Part shown: positions 15,490 through 25,224 of the stretch, piece after piece
Layout of the letters: every line of letters starts with the position of its first letter
Numbering within the stretch: position 1 is the first letter of the stretch
Origin: a virus
IMG/VR virus record: IMGVR_UViG_3300031999_000005
Span: 39,757 to 103,756 of that record
Reading direction: 5' to 3' (one strand)
Length of the DNA stretch: 64,000 bases
Made by a program: the position numbers and the translations under genes
Notes under the pieces: generated by a model
The model's database searches: none
What the model was told of the DNA's origin: nothing
The model's input: the letters and a program-made list of their open reading frames with translations, nothing else

Positions 15490-16131
15490 ATGCTAAAACA
15501 CAATATCGCCTGCCCTGATTGTTTGCTCACCGGCGTGGAAACCCCTCTTTGCTCAGACCCTGGGAGAGTCATTGGTTATTTCTGCGGTTCTGGGCACGAG
15601 TTTAAGGACACCGAAGCCCTGATGAGAAGGAACGCGCCGAAACTCTCTCGACCGCCCGTTCCGCTTGCCCCGATTCCTCAAGCTGGCTTGGTGGAGATCC
15701 GCATTGCGCTTCCTGGCGTTGTGGACAGCGCCCTGACCCAGCGGTTTGGCCCGAAGAAAAATCCGACCATCGTGGCTGTATTGCAGGCGCTCTGCGACCC
15801 GCAGACTCTACTGATCTCGGCTGAAGACCGGGCACAGATCGTGGAGAAACTGGGCGAGGAATTCAAGACGGCTGGCGAACTGGCGGGGATGATCTTCTCC
15901 TTCAGGGATACGGCCCGCAATCTTGAAAAAGACAAGGAGGACCTGGAAAAACAGGTGGAGAACCTGCGGCAAGGGAAAATGGCGGAGAGCGGCGGCGGTG
16001 GGGGTGTGTTCGTGGTGCTGGAAACCAGTGTCCTGGAACGGTTGCAGCAGATTGCTGAATTCCGCGAGATGGACCTGGGCAGGATGCTGGCTGAGACGGT
16101 TACTGGGGGTCTTGAATCGGGCTGGTTTTAG
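15490..16131 (+). CDS. hypothetical protein (N-terminal Zn-finger, coiled coil, possible ribbon-helix-helix)
   Basis: CPDC...C..GH; AAGGAGG RBS. Confidence 0.65.
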   Translation: MLKHNIACPDCLLTGVETPLCSDPGRVIGYFCGSGHEFKDTEALMRRNAPKLSRPPVPLAPIPQAGLVEIRIALPGVVDSALTQRFGPKKNPTIVAVLQALCDPQTLLISAEDRAQIVEKLGEEFKTAGELAGMIFSFRDTARNLEKDKEDLEKQVENLRQGKMAESGGGGGVFVVLETSVLERLQQIAEFREMDLGRMLAETVTGGLESGWF

Positions 16132-16149
16132 TCGCGGGGGCGAACACGC

Positions 16150-16185
16150 TTGACAAGCGCTGAGTTTACGTCCAAATTTGGACGT
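16150..16185 (+). promoter_or_regulatory. TTGACA box followed by perfect palindrome ACGTCCAAATTTGGACGT
   Basis: TTGACA at 16150-55; palindrome 16168-85 covers the expected -10 position upstream of the portal gene. Confidence 0.65.
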
Positions 16186-16197
16186 GAGGTTTAGTCC

Positions 16198-18045
16198 ATG
16201 GCTGCTGCCGCTTCCGCTTATCCTGAACTGAAGCCGAAATACGAATTGCATCCGAGTACCGGCCAACCCTACTGGCCCTCTGGCGAAGAGGGAACCGAAT
16301 ACCTCCGCAGCATCCGCGCCTATACAGAAGCGGCTTTTGAGGAAGCCAGCTACGACAACCGGCAATCCGAGGAAGTCCGCGAGGTCCAGAAGTACATCAA
16401 CTACATCGTCGGGGACCAATGGCCGGTGGGCCGGCCAACGTACAAATCCAAGCCAGTGAACAACCGTATCTGGCCGATCTTTTGGGAACTGGTGTCGCTG
16501 CTGACGGACATCCGACCGATGTTCGAGGTGCTGACGTACAACAAGGAATTCCAGCGACATGCGGACATTCTGAACGCGGCCACAAAAAGCTGGTGGTTGG
16601 AGAACGACGCCGACCTGAAGTTGGCCTTCATCATTATCTATGCGTTACTGGGCACCGGCTACGGGAAGTTGACGTGGGACAGGTTTGCCAGGAATGGTCA
16701 GGGGGATTTCGATTTGATCCCCTGCGGCCCAAGCGACGTGTTGCCGCTCAAAGCCCGGTTTCACATTCAGGATGCGCAGGCGGTGATCTACCGGTCGGTG
16801 GTGGCGGTTAATTGGGTGAAGAACAAATTCCCGCTTACCAGCGCAGGGATTGAGGCGGATGCCAAATACTCACGATTCCAGGTCACGGGAGATAAGGGGA
16901 ACTTCCCTGGATCGAAGATGATGTTTGACATGCTGTCGCCGCAGATGCAGTACCGGTATACCGGTGGCACGGCCAACATGAAGCCATCCTCTTTCCCGAT
17001 GTGTCTGTACCGGGAGTATTGGCTCCGTGATTTTACAGAAAACGCCTCCAACGCTATCGTGAAAATGGGCCGCGGCGGGTGGTCATATTTTGTGAAACCT
17101 GGAGAACGGCTTTATCCGCGGGGCCGACTGATTATCATGGCTGGAGAGGGTGCGAAGGCAATGCCCATGGATGATTGCCCAAATCCCTACGCTCACGGGA
17201 TGTACCCATTCGGTTGCCTGCGGATGAACCCGGTGCCCTGGACGTTTTCGGGCTTGAGTGACCTTCGACCTTTGATGTCCCTGCAAGACATTGTGAACAA
17301 CATCTTGGCCGGCATTCTGGACATGGTAAAGAAGGCGCTGAATCCGGTTATGCTGGCGCCACGGAACGCAATCGCGGAAGGATTGTGGAATTCGCTGGAC
17401 AATTCAATGCCAGGGCTACGGATTGCCTACAATCCAAACGCAGCGGCTGCTCCGTTTTACCAGCCGACACCCAACATCCCCGGCTACGTGATGATGACCT
17501 ATGATCGTGCGGCGGCCGAGATGGACCGCACATCAAGCGGAGCAACGGCGGCTTCAGCGGCGCGAAAAAAACAGGTGCCCGGTGCTGAGACTCTTGCGGA
17601 ACTTCAGAACGCACAGCAGACCCCGGTGCGGCTCAAGGGCCGGTGGACAGAAGTTTTCCTGCGGGATCTTGGGAAAATGGACATCTACAACATTTTCCAG
17701 TTTTACGACAAAAAGCGCCGGTTCTTCATGCTGGGGGATAAGGGAATCACGGTGGAGGATTCAGACCAATCGCCGAACAGCATGGTACCGCACGGGTCAA
17801 CAGTTGAAGACCATGCCAAGAACTTCGCGTTCTTCATTCGGCCAGGCACGCTACTGAATCTGGACAAGGCGCAACGAGCAATGACGGTGCTTGCGCTGCG
17901 GCGCCAGGGCGACATCGACCGGAGCACGATGTACGACGAACTGGAAATGGGCGTGGACGTGGGGATGATCGAAAAGAATCTGGAAGCGGAAATGGCCAAG
18001 AAATTGGCGCTGGTCGCAAAAGCCCAGCGACCGGGGGGCGGATGA
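16198..18045 (+). CDS. portal protein (P22/SU10-like)
   Basis: 615 aa downstream of TerL; GDQW..NRIWP..GTGYGKLTWD..YPF..LQDIVN pattern. Confidence 0.9.
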   Translation: MAAAASAYPELKPKYELHPSTGQPYWPSGEEGTEYLRSIRAYTEAAFEEASYDNRQSEEVREVQKYINYIVGDQWPVGRPTYKSKPVNNRIWPIFWELVSLLTDIRPMFEVLTYNKEFQRHADILNAATKSWWLENDADLKLAFIIIYALLGTGYGKLTWDRFARNGQGDFDLIPCGPSDVLPLKARFHIQDAQAVIYRSVVAVNWVKNKFPLTSAGIEADAKYSRFQVTGDKGNFPGSKMMFDMLSPQMQYRYTGGTANMKPSSFPMCLYREYWLRDFTENASNAIVKMGRGGWSYFVKPGERLYPRGRLIIMAGEGAKAMPMDDCPNPYAHGMYPFGCLRMNPVPWTFSGLSDLRPLMSLQDIVNNILAGILDMVKKALNPVMLAPRNAIAEGLWNSLDNSMPGLRIAYNPNAAAAPFYQPTPNIPGYVMMTYDRAAAEMDRTSSGATAASAARKKQVPGAETLAELQNAQQTPVRLKGRWTEVFLRDLGKMDIYNIFQFYDKKRRFFMLGDKGITVEDSDQSPNSMVPHGSTVEDHAKNFAFFIRPGTLLNLDKAQRAMTVLALRRQGDIDRSTMYDELEMGVDVGMIEKNLEAEMAKKLALVAKAQRPGGG

Positions 18046-18242
18046 GCGCAGCACAACCAATTTTTCAGTCCGCACCGTATAGAATCGTTAGCCCGGATGG
18101 CCGTTGGATTCCAGTAACGAAAGAAGTGTTCCATGCCTACGCCCGATTTATTGAGGGAAAGTCATGCGGGGTGGTTGAGGTTGCCTTCAAGGCAGGCGGA
18201 ATAGCGGGTGTGATCGCCACCGAGAAGACCACATACAAATGA
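18042..18242 (+). CDS. small DUF2292/YezD-like protein
   Basis: G.VEVAFKAGGIAGV...EK pattern; ATGA overlap. Confidence 0.45.
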   Translation: MSAAQPIFQSAPYRIVSPDGRWIPVTKEVFHAYARFIEGKSCGVVEVAFKAGGIAGVIATEKTTYK

Positions 18243-18436
18243 TCCAGGCTGGCGACAGATGCGACCGGAACCGATGCCGGGGCAAGGTTTGTGCGGTGAA
18301 GGACCTGAACCGCAAGCAGATAATCCTCAGATGCAACCAGTGCGGCGCGGTGCATGGTGTGGAGAAATTGGAAGATCCCAAAGACCTGATCGTCCAGAGC
18401 CGACCCGCAATAACCCCTGAAGCGTGGGGGGAGTAA
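18239..18436 (+). CDS. small Zn-ribbon protein
   Basis: CDRNRC...CNQCG. Confidence 0.5.
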   Translation: MIQAGDRCDRNRCRGKVCAVKDLNRKQIILRCNQCGAVHGVEKLEDPKDLIVQSRPAITPEAWGE

Positions 18437-18533
18437 AAAGAATCGCTTGACAACGCATACCGCCCTGTTGTTTCCTTAGAGCGGATCAAAGGCCACGGGT
18501 TCCCATTCCAGGTGGGACGAACAAATGGGCAAC

Positions 18534-18571
18534 TTGGCTCCGAGGGGGTAAAACCCTTCGGGGCCAATTTG
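18534..18571 (+). terminator. 14-bp hairpin upstream of head genes (terminator/attenuator)
   Basis: TTGGCTCCGAGGGG-GTAAAA-CCCTTCGGGGCCAA then TTT; TTGACA at about 18447 upstream. Confidence 0.45.
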
Positions 18572-18588
18572 CATTTTAGGGGCCGACA

Positions 18589-18774
18589 ATGCCGCTACTG
18601 AAGGGCAAGTCAGACGCGACGGTCAGCAAGAACATCAGGGAGATGATGCACGCTGGGCATCCGCAACCCCAAGCTATCGCTGCTTCGATGCGCATGGCTG
18701 GAAGACCGAAACCGAAGTGGGGAACCACTGGTCGCAGTTCGAAACGACAATCAAACCGGCCAAGCAGCCGGTAA
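18589..18774 (+). CDS. small basic phage protein (MPLxKGKS..NIRE..QAIA family)
   Basis: Motif common in phage head modules. Confidence 0.7.
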   Translation: MPLLKGKSDATVSKNIREMMHAGHPQPQAIAASMRMAGRPKPKWGTTGRSSKRQSNRPSSR

Positions 18775-18787
18775 AGGAGATACGACG

Positions 18788-18934
18788 ATGGCAGGCTATG
18801 AGAATCACGAAACCCCAACGAACGCCCCGAAAGTAAGCAAGGGCGAATTCGTCGGCATCGGCACGTTTATTCCGCTGTCGGAGAAGCCGTTCAGCCCGAA
18901 CCAAAAGACCGGCGAACCGAAACCGCAGAAGTAG
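18788..18934 (+). CDS. 48-aa hypothetical protein (not in ORF track)
   Basis: AAGGAG RBS; MAGYENHETPTNAPK...KPQK-stop. Confidence 0.6.
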   Translation: MAGYENHETPTNAPKVSKGEFVGIGTFIPLSEKPFSPNQKTGEPKPQK

Positions 18935-18946
18935 AGGAATCTGACC

Positions 18947-19330
18947 ATGCCGCCGCAACCACTTGATGCTCCTCCAATGCTCCCGTCCGAAGTCTCGTCA
19001 CAGTTGGGGGCCGCCCCTTTTGCCGGGGTGACCGCGAATCTTTCCGACAGGTTAGGTGCGCCCCCACCTGCCGGCGGGGTCAACCCCACGGGATCAATTG
19101 ACGCGATGGCGGATGCGGTCAAGACGATCGTGCAACGGATGGCGTCCATGGCCCCGGTATTTGCCCCGTTCGGGACCCGGATATCTACGGTTCTCGATTT
19201 GGGGATGTCTGAAGTCAAATCGCAAGGAGCGCCAGGAATGGGTCCTCAGCCTGCTGCTGGTCCACCGCCGGGAGTCGGTGGGGCAGCGATGCGGGAAGGA
19301 CCGCCCCCAGGGGCAAACGTTCCAGCGTAG
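18947..19330 (+). CDS. Pro/Gly-rich hypothetical head-module protein
   Basis: GAGGA RBS; position between portal and scaffold. Confidence 0.65.
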   Translation: MPPQPLDAPPMLPSEVSSQLGAAPFAGVTANLSDRLGAPPPAGGVNPTGSIDAMADAVKTIVQRMASMAPVFAPFGTRISTVLDLGMSEVKSQGAPGMGPQPAAGPPPGVGGAAMREGPPPGANVPA

Positions 19331-19351
19331 CCGCAGGCGAAGGAGACTTGT

Positions 19352-20299
19352 GTGGCATTACCGGAAGCAATTGAAGAGATGCTGAAGACCCTTCCCGCAG
19401 AGGATCAGGAGGCTCTGCGCCCACGCTTCGAGAAGCACCAACCACTCCGCGATGGCTACCTGCGCCAGAACGAATTTGACCGCAAGTTCAACGAGTGGAA
19501 AGAGCAGAAGGAGAAAGAGCAGGCCGCGATTGAAGCCCGCAAGGCGGAGATCGAAAAGGCAATCGCAGAACCCAGGGATTGGCTGAAACGCAATAAGAGC
19601 AAACACGACCAACTCCTTACTGAACACAAGGCCCTGGAAACAGCGAACCAGGAACTGACGGCGCAACTCGAAGCGGCAGAAGCAGCACGAAATAACGGGA
19701 GGGAAACGGACATGGACGAAGCAGCAGTGAAAGCAGCGGCGCAAGCCGTAGTGGACGAGCGCGTGAAGGCGCTCAAGGCAGAGCAGGCTGGCTACATCAC
19801 GCAGAAGCAGATGGACGATATCGTGAAAAGCACCACGGACCAGTTCTTCGCGGTGACTCTTCCGAACTCAATGAATTTCGCCTCAGCCGTGTTGGATTGC
19901 CAGTTGGAGCATCGGCAGGAATTTGGTGAACGCTTGGACCGCAGCAAATTTGCGGAGTGGATGCAGAAAAAGTTGGAGGAGACGAAGAACCCCATGTATG
20001 GGGACCCCTACGTAGCCTACAACGAATACATGGCACCACGGCGCGCTGAAGCCACCGAGAAAAAGCGCCAGAAGGACCTGGACGACGCCCGCACTGAGGG
20101 TGCCGAAAAGGCCCGCAAAGAATTCGCCGCAACCGCAGGCGTACCGGGGAGTGGCGTTCCGCCAGCCCCATCAGAACTTGGTCCAATGCAGAGGCACGTT
20201 CTCGGCAAAGACGTACAATTGCCGGCGGGCGTGGAGATCGGCGATGGCCGCGCAGCGATGGCGGCTGCCGAATCGCTCCGTGCTGAGGGCAAGTTCTGA
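19352..20299 (+). CDS. capsid scaffolding protein (putative)
   Basis: Helical/coiled-coil, charged protein immediately upstream of the capsid gene. Confidence 0.75.
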   Translation: MALPEAIEEMLKTLPAEDQEALRPRFEKHQPLRDGYLRQNEFDRKFNEWKEQKEKEQAAIEARKAEIEKAIAEPRDWLKRNKSKHDQLLTEHKALETANQELTAQLEAAEAARNNGRETDMDEAAVKAAAQAVVDERVKALKAEQAGYITQKQMDDIVKSTTDQFFAVTLPNSMNFASAVLDCQLEHRQEFGERLDRSKFAEWMQKKLEETKNPMYGDPYVAYNEYMAPRRAEATEKKRQKDLDDARTEGAEKARKEFAATAGVPGSGVPPAPSELGPMQRHVLGKDVQLPAGVEIGDGRAAMAAAESLRAEGKF

Positions 20300-20594
20300 A
20301 GTCGTGCCCCGCATGGGGTGCGTGGAAGAAACCGGGTGGGGAACCCGCCTTCAGGAGTTAACGTAGAGGTTGTAAACTCATGCGTTTCCTGAGAAGCCCT
20401 TTTGGACAGTTCACCACTGCCCATCGGAAGGCCATTCAGCCCCAGCCGATTGGGGAGCAGCGATTAAGAGGCCCGCAGAGCCGGAAGTCGGAGTGAACGC
20501 AGCCGGCGGCGGATGATTCTAACCCTCAAAATCCCTGCCCCTTTGTCGGGGCAAAAGGAGGATGGCCTTCCCGGTGGGAGGGCCAACATACCAA

Positions 20595-21447
20595 ATGGCA
20601 CTCACTTGGGGTGATTTAACTTCAAAAACCAATAGCCATATCGTGCCACGCTTGATTGACACGATCTACCGCACGTCCGCTCTGCTGACGCGCATCAGGA
20701 CGCGCAACACCGAGCGGTTCGAAGGCGGGGATTCTCTCAAGGTTCCCATCATGCACGCCGAACTGAAGGGCGGTCCCTTCACTCGCGGCGGCACCTTCGA
20801 TTGCTCGTATGTCGAGTCCGATACGGCCCTCAATTTCTTGATGAAGCCGTATTACGTCAACGTTTCCATCTACGGCCTGGACTGTGCGCTGAACCGCGGT
20901 CCCGAAGCCGCAATGACGATCATTGACTCGAAGATGGCGAACGCCGGCGGGAAGATGGCGAAGTTGCTGGCAACCGATATGTACCTGGACGGCCAGGGCA
21001 CCGCTTCTTCGGCCATCGCATTGGATGGATTTTCCGGAGCCCTAGACGATGGAAGTAATTTTCCAGTTTACGGCCAAATCACCCGGACGGATCTTTCCGC
21101 CACGGCGAACACCGGCATCAACGCCTACTACAAGGTGGTGGCCACGCTGTCCCTGAAGGAAGTGCAGACGGCCTTCGGAAGCACGTGGTTCGGCGGAGAA
21201 CACGCGGATCTGCTCACCACCACCCAGGCCGTGTGGGACATCTGGTGGAACAAACTGCAACCGCAACAGCGGTTCAACGAAGAGTCCAGCGATGTGGGCA
21301 AAATCGGCTTTCAATCGTTCAGGTACAATTCCGCTCAGGTAGTGGTTGACCAGCATTGCCCAGCGGGCAAACTCTGGTTCCTGAACATGAAGTACGTGAA
21401 CCTGTACCTGAGCACGATGCCGCAATTCCAGTTCGGGTTCACAGGAT
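20595..21447 (+). CDS. major capsid protein, exon 1 (HK97 fold, SU10/P22-like)
   Basis: MALTWGDL..., LDGF.GAL..G..YGQITR, QPQQRF..GFQSF.YN...VVVDQHCP.G.LWFLN. Alternative start at 20562. Confidence 0.9.
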
Positions 21448-22616
21448 CAACTTTCGGTCCCCTTTCAAGCACCGTCAGCGAAGGAATGACGGTAAACTAG
21501 GAAGGAAAATTCTGCTATATGCTGGGACAACAGGTCATGCCGAGCTACTTACAAGGTAAAAAGGCGACGGATAATCCTGTCAATCAGCAAGGAAGAATCG
21601 TTCAAATTGCTCGTCTCGCAGGAATCTTTGATTGCGAGGGATGCTTCTACCTGAACCGCTATGGTCGGTCTCATGATTGCTATTCCGTGGTTGCGAGAGT
21701 CAGCAACTCGAATATGCGGATCATCGAGGAAGTTTGCTCTACACTGTCGGTTCTGGGTTTCAAGTACAACAGAACTGATGGTCTGCCGACAGGAATGGGC
21801 GGTCGGGTGTCGGAAATTAGGCTGCATGGGACAAAGAGGGCGAAGCCGCTTATCGAACTCATCGCCCCGTATCTGTCAGCCAAATCCCGCGTTACTGACC
21901 TTCTGAAGATGTTTTGGGAACGCAGAGATTCAGTAGCGTATGGGGCATCCTACACAGAAGAAGATTTCAGAATTCACCGGGCTGTCCGGGCAGTCAATTC
22001 CAACGGCACAGCAAAGGACATACCCGTTGGAGATCATCTGGAATTGGTTGGACCGTCGAGAGTAGCACGGCTTGGAGAGGTGGAAGCGAAAGCCAAACTT
22101 GCAGCCATCGTGGAATGCGATGGTTCTCTCGGCCTGACTAATCTGAGGAATGGGGAGAACTACATGCCAGCGATTTACATGGTGAACACGAACGAATCTT
22201 TGCTTGCAGAGATTCGTCAATCACTGGCTATGCTTGGAATTCCCTACTACTTCCAGATGAGACCGCCACGAGGCATTTCGATCAAGGCCATCGGTGAATT
22301 CCACATTCAGGGAATGAAGCGTGCCAAGCGGTTCCTGGATGCCATAGGTGATTATTTCGTAGCCTACGCGGAACGGGCAAAATTGATTCGGCAATTCATC
22401 AATCGTCGGCTTTCTCTCCCGGCCAACTATCCGTATTCGGAAGTTGAGCGGGAGATCAAGAGGGCCTTGGACGAAGAGAAACCGAAGAGCGATTCCCTTC
22501 AACGACTGCACGCAGAACCGGGCAAGTCCCGGATGATACAGTCTGTTCTGCATGGAGACATGCAGACGGCGGCAGAAATGACCGCCGCGCTCGCGTAAGC
22601 GAGAGGTAACAGCAAG
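21448..22616 (+). mobile_element. group I self-splicing intron in the major capsid gene
   Basis: P1 GGAU|C..GGUCC with U.G wobble at the 5' splice site; P10 CUUUC/GGAAG; core AATCAGCAAGG, TTCAACGACTG, GATACAGTC (P7); terminal G at 22616. Splicing restores the frame FTG-W-KENQFSIDVAGQ. Confidence 0.9.
21519..22598 (+). CDS. intron-encoded double-motif LAGLIDADG homing endonuclease
   Basis: RLAGIFDCEGCF and KLAAIVECDGSL. Confidence 0.9.
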   Translation: MLGQQVMPSYLQGKKATDNPVNQQGRIVQIARLAGIFDCEGCFYLNRYGRSHDCYSVVARVSNSNMRIIEEVCSTLSVLGFKYNRTDGLPTGMGGRVSEIRLHGTKRAKPLIELIAPYLSAKSRVTDLLKMFWERRDSVAYGASYTEEDFRIHRAVRAVNSNGTAKDIPVGDHLELVGPSRVARLGEVEAKAKLAAIVECDGSLGLTNLRNGENYMPAIYMVNTNESLLAEIRQSLAMLGIPYYFQMRPPRGISIKAIGEFHIQGMKRAKRFLDAIGDYFVAYAERAKLIRQFINRRLSLPANYPYSEVEREIKRALDEEKPKSDSLQRLHAEPGKSRMIQSVLHGDMQTAAEMTAALA

Positions 22617-22726
22617 GGAAGGAAAATCAATTCTCGATTGATGTGGCCGGGCAGTACCTGTTCCTTGGCAACATCGTCGTAACCGCGCCTCGGCTGATGG
22701 CGCAGATAAGTGGAATAACTGGTTGA
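22617..22726 (+). CDS. major capsid protein, exon 2
   Basis: (W)KENQFSIDVAGQYLFLGNIVVTAPRLMAQISGITG-stop, a typical capsid C-terminus. Confidence 0.9.
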
Positions 22727-22756
22727 CATGTATCTGATTCTAAGGGAGTTAGCCAA

Positions 22757-23437
22757 ATGGCAGCTTGCTTAACACTGGGTCAAGCCGGGGTATATAGAGT
22801 GATGGCGGAACTCTTGCTCCGCGGTCACAGGCCGTACATTCCGGCAGTGGACGATCATGGTGTTGATTTGGCTCTTTCCACTGGAGTCAGAATACAGGTC
22901 AAGACGGCTCGTCTCCACACCAGGAAGAATTGGCCGAGAAAGCCAATCTACCATCTGACATTTGGATGGGCACAGATAGGCCGGACGCACATTCCTATCC
23001 GCAGAAAGAAGAATTACAGTTCAGAATGCGATTTTCTCATCATCTACGGTGTTGATGAAAACCGCTTTTGGATTGTTCCTAGCTTCCTGTTGGACGGGAG
23101 AACATGCCTGATGCTTGGACCCCGATGCCGAGTTGTTCGTGGGCAGATAGAGGAACTTCTCGATGTCGGGGTGACGAGAATCGAGGCAGCGAGGAAACTC
23201 GGCGTTGATCGGCATACCATCACAAGGCGGTTGAAGGGCGAGGGAACGAAAAATGGCGGCTTTGTGAGATCAGTCAGAATGTGCGAAGACCAATGGGGAC
23301 TTTTGGGTTCTCCAGTTTTCGCTCCATTCGTGGGGAACCCGCCCAGTCTTCCAGGCGGTGAGACGGCCCAACAGAAAACAAGAGAGGAAACACAATGTCA
23401 GTCGCTGTCACTAACAACAATCTGCCATACCTCCTGA
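22757..23437 (+). CDS. free-standing PD-(D/E)XK endonuclease (I-Ssp6803I-like) with HTH
   Basis: GQAG...AELLLRG...P..D.GVDL....IQVKT; CDFLIIY; IEAARKLGVDRHTITRRL. Confidence 0.8.
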   Translation: MAACLTLGQAGVYRVMAELLLRGHRPYIPAVDDHGVDLALSTGVRIQVKTARLHTRKNWPRKPIYHLTFGWAQIGRTHIPIRRKKNYSSECDFLIIYGVDENRFWIVPSFLLDGRTCLMLGPRCRVVRGQIEELLDVGVTRIEAARKLGVDRHTITRRLKGEGTKNGGFVRSVRMCEDQWGLLGSPVFAPFVGNPPSLPGGETAQQKTREETQCQSLSLTTICHTS

Positions 23438-23979
23438 TTCCCGAGATTTCAACCGGCAACGTTGCGACCGTCAACGATGCCTACAGCACCACAATCAGCG
23501 CCGCAAACCCCTACGGGAACGGCGCAAAGAATGCACCTGGCGCAGCGTTTTACGCAGCCGATTCGGCTGGCCGGGTTGCCAAGTACCGCTACGTGCGGCT
23601 TTACCCAGGCACGCCACCGGGGGCCTACATCGTGGGGCCGGTTTACTGGAAGGACAACACGTTCACCATCGTGACCACCACGCTGTCCAACGCTGTGACG
23701 GCCGAGGCAAGCGCCTTTGCCGGCATCCTGCTGCGGGCAGAGGCCACACCGGCACTGATGACCGGCAACTGGGTGGTGATCCTGGTTCGCGGGTTCCTTG
23801 CTGCTCTCGTTGTCGCGGCCAGCCCTACCGCAGGCGATGAAGTATACGGGACGGCTGGTGATCAGATACTTAACGGCAAGGTGACCAGCGGCACGGCGCC
23901 GAAATTCCCTGGTCATGACATCCGGGCGCTGACCACCAGTGCCACGCCCGATGTCTGGGTTGAAGCCGAGGGTGCGTAA
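23395..23979 (+). CDS. putative capsid decoration/cement protein A1
   Basis: Downstream of the capsid gene; KYRYVR motif; paralogue of A2. Confidence 0.65.
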   Translation: MSVAVTNNNLPYLLIPEISTGNVATVNDAYSTTISAANPYGNGAKNAPGAAFYAADSAGRVAKYRYVRLYPGTPPGAYIVGPVYWKDNTFTIVTTTLSNAVTAEASAFAGILLRAEATPALMTGNWVVILVRGFLAALVVAASPTAGDEVYGTAGDQILNGKVTSGTAPKFPGHDIRALTTSATPDVWVEAEGA

Positions 23980-24062
23980 ACGGGGTGACCTGATTCCAAG
24001 GGGTGGGCCTAACTAGCCTTTCCCCTTGGGGCCGGGACACAACCAAAAGAGAGGACAACACA

Positions 24063-24650
24063 ATGGCAGTAGCAGTGACGAACAACAACATCCCGTACCT
24101 CCTCGAACCCGAGATCAGCACCGGCAACATCGCCACCGTCAATGACGCTTACAGCACGACCAAGAGCGCGGCCAACCCTTACGGGAATGGCGCGAAGAAC
24201 CAGCCGGGAGCGGCATTCTACGCTGCTGACTCGGCTGGCCGAATTCTGAAATGCCGCTACGTGCGGCTCAATCCAGGCACCCCGCCGGCATCCTACAAGG
24301 TCGGCGTTGTCTACTGGCAGGATGCTGCCCGGACGATTGTAACCACCACACTCTCGAATTCACTCACAGCCGAGGCATCTTCCCTCGCTGGCGTTTTGCT
24401 ACGAGCTGATGCGACCCCCGCAAACATGACGGGGAATTGGGTGGTGATCGTAACGCATGGCTTTGTCGCGGGTGTTTTCGCCGTCGCTGCCACTGCGGCA
24501 GGCGATGAACTCTTCGGCGATACGGGCGATCAGGTCGTGGACCGGGTAGCCACTGGCACGGCACCGAAATTCCCAGGGCACGATCTCCGGGCCATCACCG
24601 CAGTTGCGGCTGGTGTGTCAGATGTTTGGGTGGACGCGGAGGGCGCGTAA
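24063..24650 (+). CDS. putative capsid decoration/cement protein A2
   Basis: Near-identical N-terminus to A1. Confidence 0.65.
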   Translation: MAVAVTNNNIPYLLEPEISTGNIATVNDAYSTTKSAANPYGNGAKNQPGAAFYAADSAGRILKCRYVRLNPGTPPASYKVGVVYWQDAARTIVTTTLSNSLTAEASSLAGVLLRADATPANMTGNWVVIVTHGFVAGVFAVAATAAGDELFGDTGDQVVDRVATGTAPKFPGHDLRAITAVAAGVSDVWVDAEGA

Positions 24651-24715
24651 AATCTTCTTTTTCGCCAGGGGCGGGGTGACTCGCCTTTGGCGGAGAAGAG
24701 AGGAGAAAAACGACA

Positions 24716-25177
24716 ATGGCTGTAACCATCAATAAAGTCGCGGATGGAGAGTGGTCGCTCGGCAACAAGATTGCCGTGATCGTGGATCTTTCATCAATCA
24801 CCTACGTTGCTGGCGGGGTGCCAATCGCCGCTGGAGACGTGGGTTTGGGCAAGATCCTCGGCGCTCAAATCCTTGGAGGCAGCGCTGAGTCCGCTGTCCT
24901 GAACTGGTTCTGGGACACCACCAACCTCAAACTGATGGCCACCTTCCCTACCGGGGGTGCAACAGTGCCAGTAACACTGATTCCCCCTGTTGCCACTGCA
25001 TCGGCGGTTTCGGGAGCTTGTACCGCTGGCATAGCAACGGCTTCAGCGGTCAATGCTGTCACACCGGCTATTACGGGTACCGCAGCGGCTCAAGTTCTGG
25101 TGGCCGGAGTGAGCAAAGAACCTGGAGCCATTGCCCTCAGCGCTTGCAGGCTGCGGGTAATGTTCATTGGCTACTAA
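24716..25177 (+). CDS. putative head structural protein B1
   Basis: Y..GG.P motif; 153 aa; paralogue of B2. Confidence 0.6.
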   Translation: MAVTINKVADGEWSLGNKIAVIVDLSSITYVAGGVPIAAGDVGLGKILGAQILGGSAESAVLNWFWDTTNLKLMATFPTGGATVPVTLIPPVATASAVSGACTAGIATASAVNAVTPAITGTAAAQVLVAGVSKEPGAIALSACRLRVMFIGY

Positions 25178-25224
25178 TCCCTCCTGCTGCGGGCGCAGGA
25201 TCGAGATAGAGGAGGAAAACGGCA

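Noticed and set aside
21448-21500. ORF-track capsid C-terminus STFGPLSSTVSEGMTVN
   Set aside because: Read-through into the intron; the true C-terminus is exon 2 at 22617-22726.
21519-22598. LAGLIDADG ORF as an intein in the capsid
   Set aside because: Separated from the capsid frame by a stop, has no Cys/Ser..HN splicing motifs, and is flanked by group I core elements.
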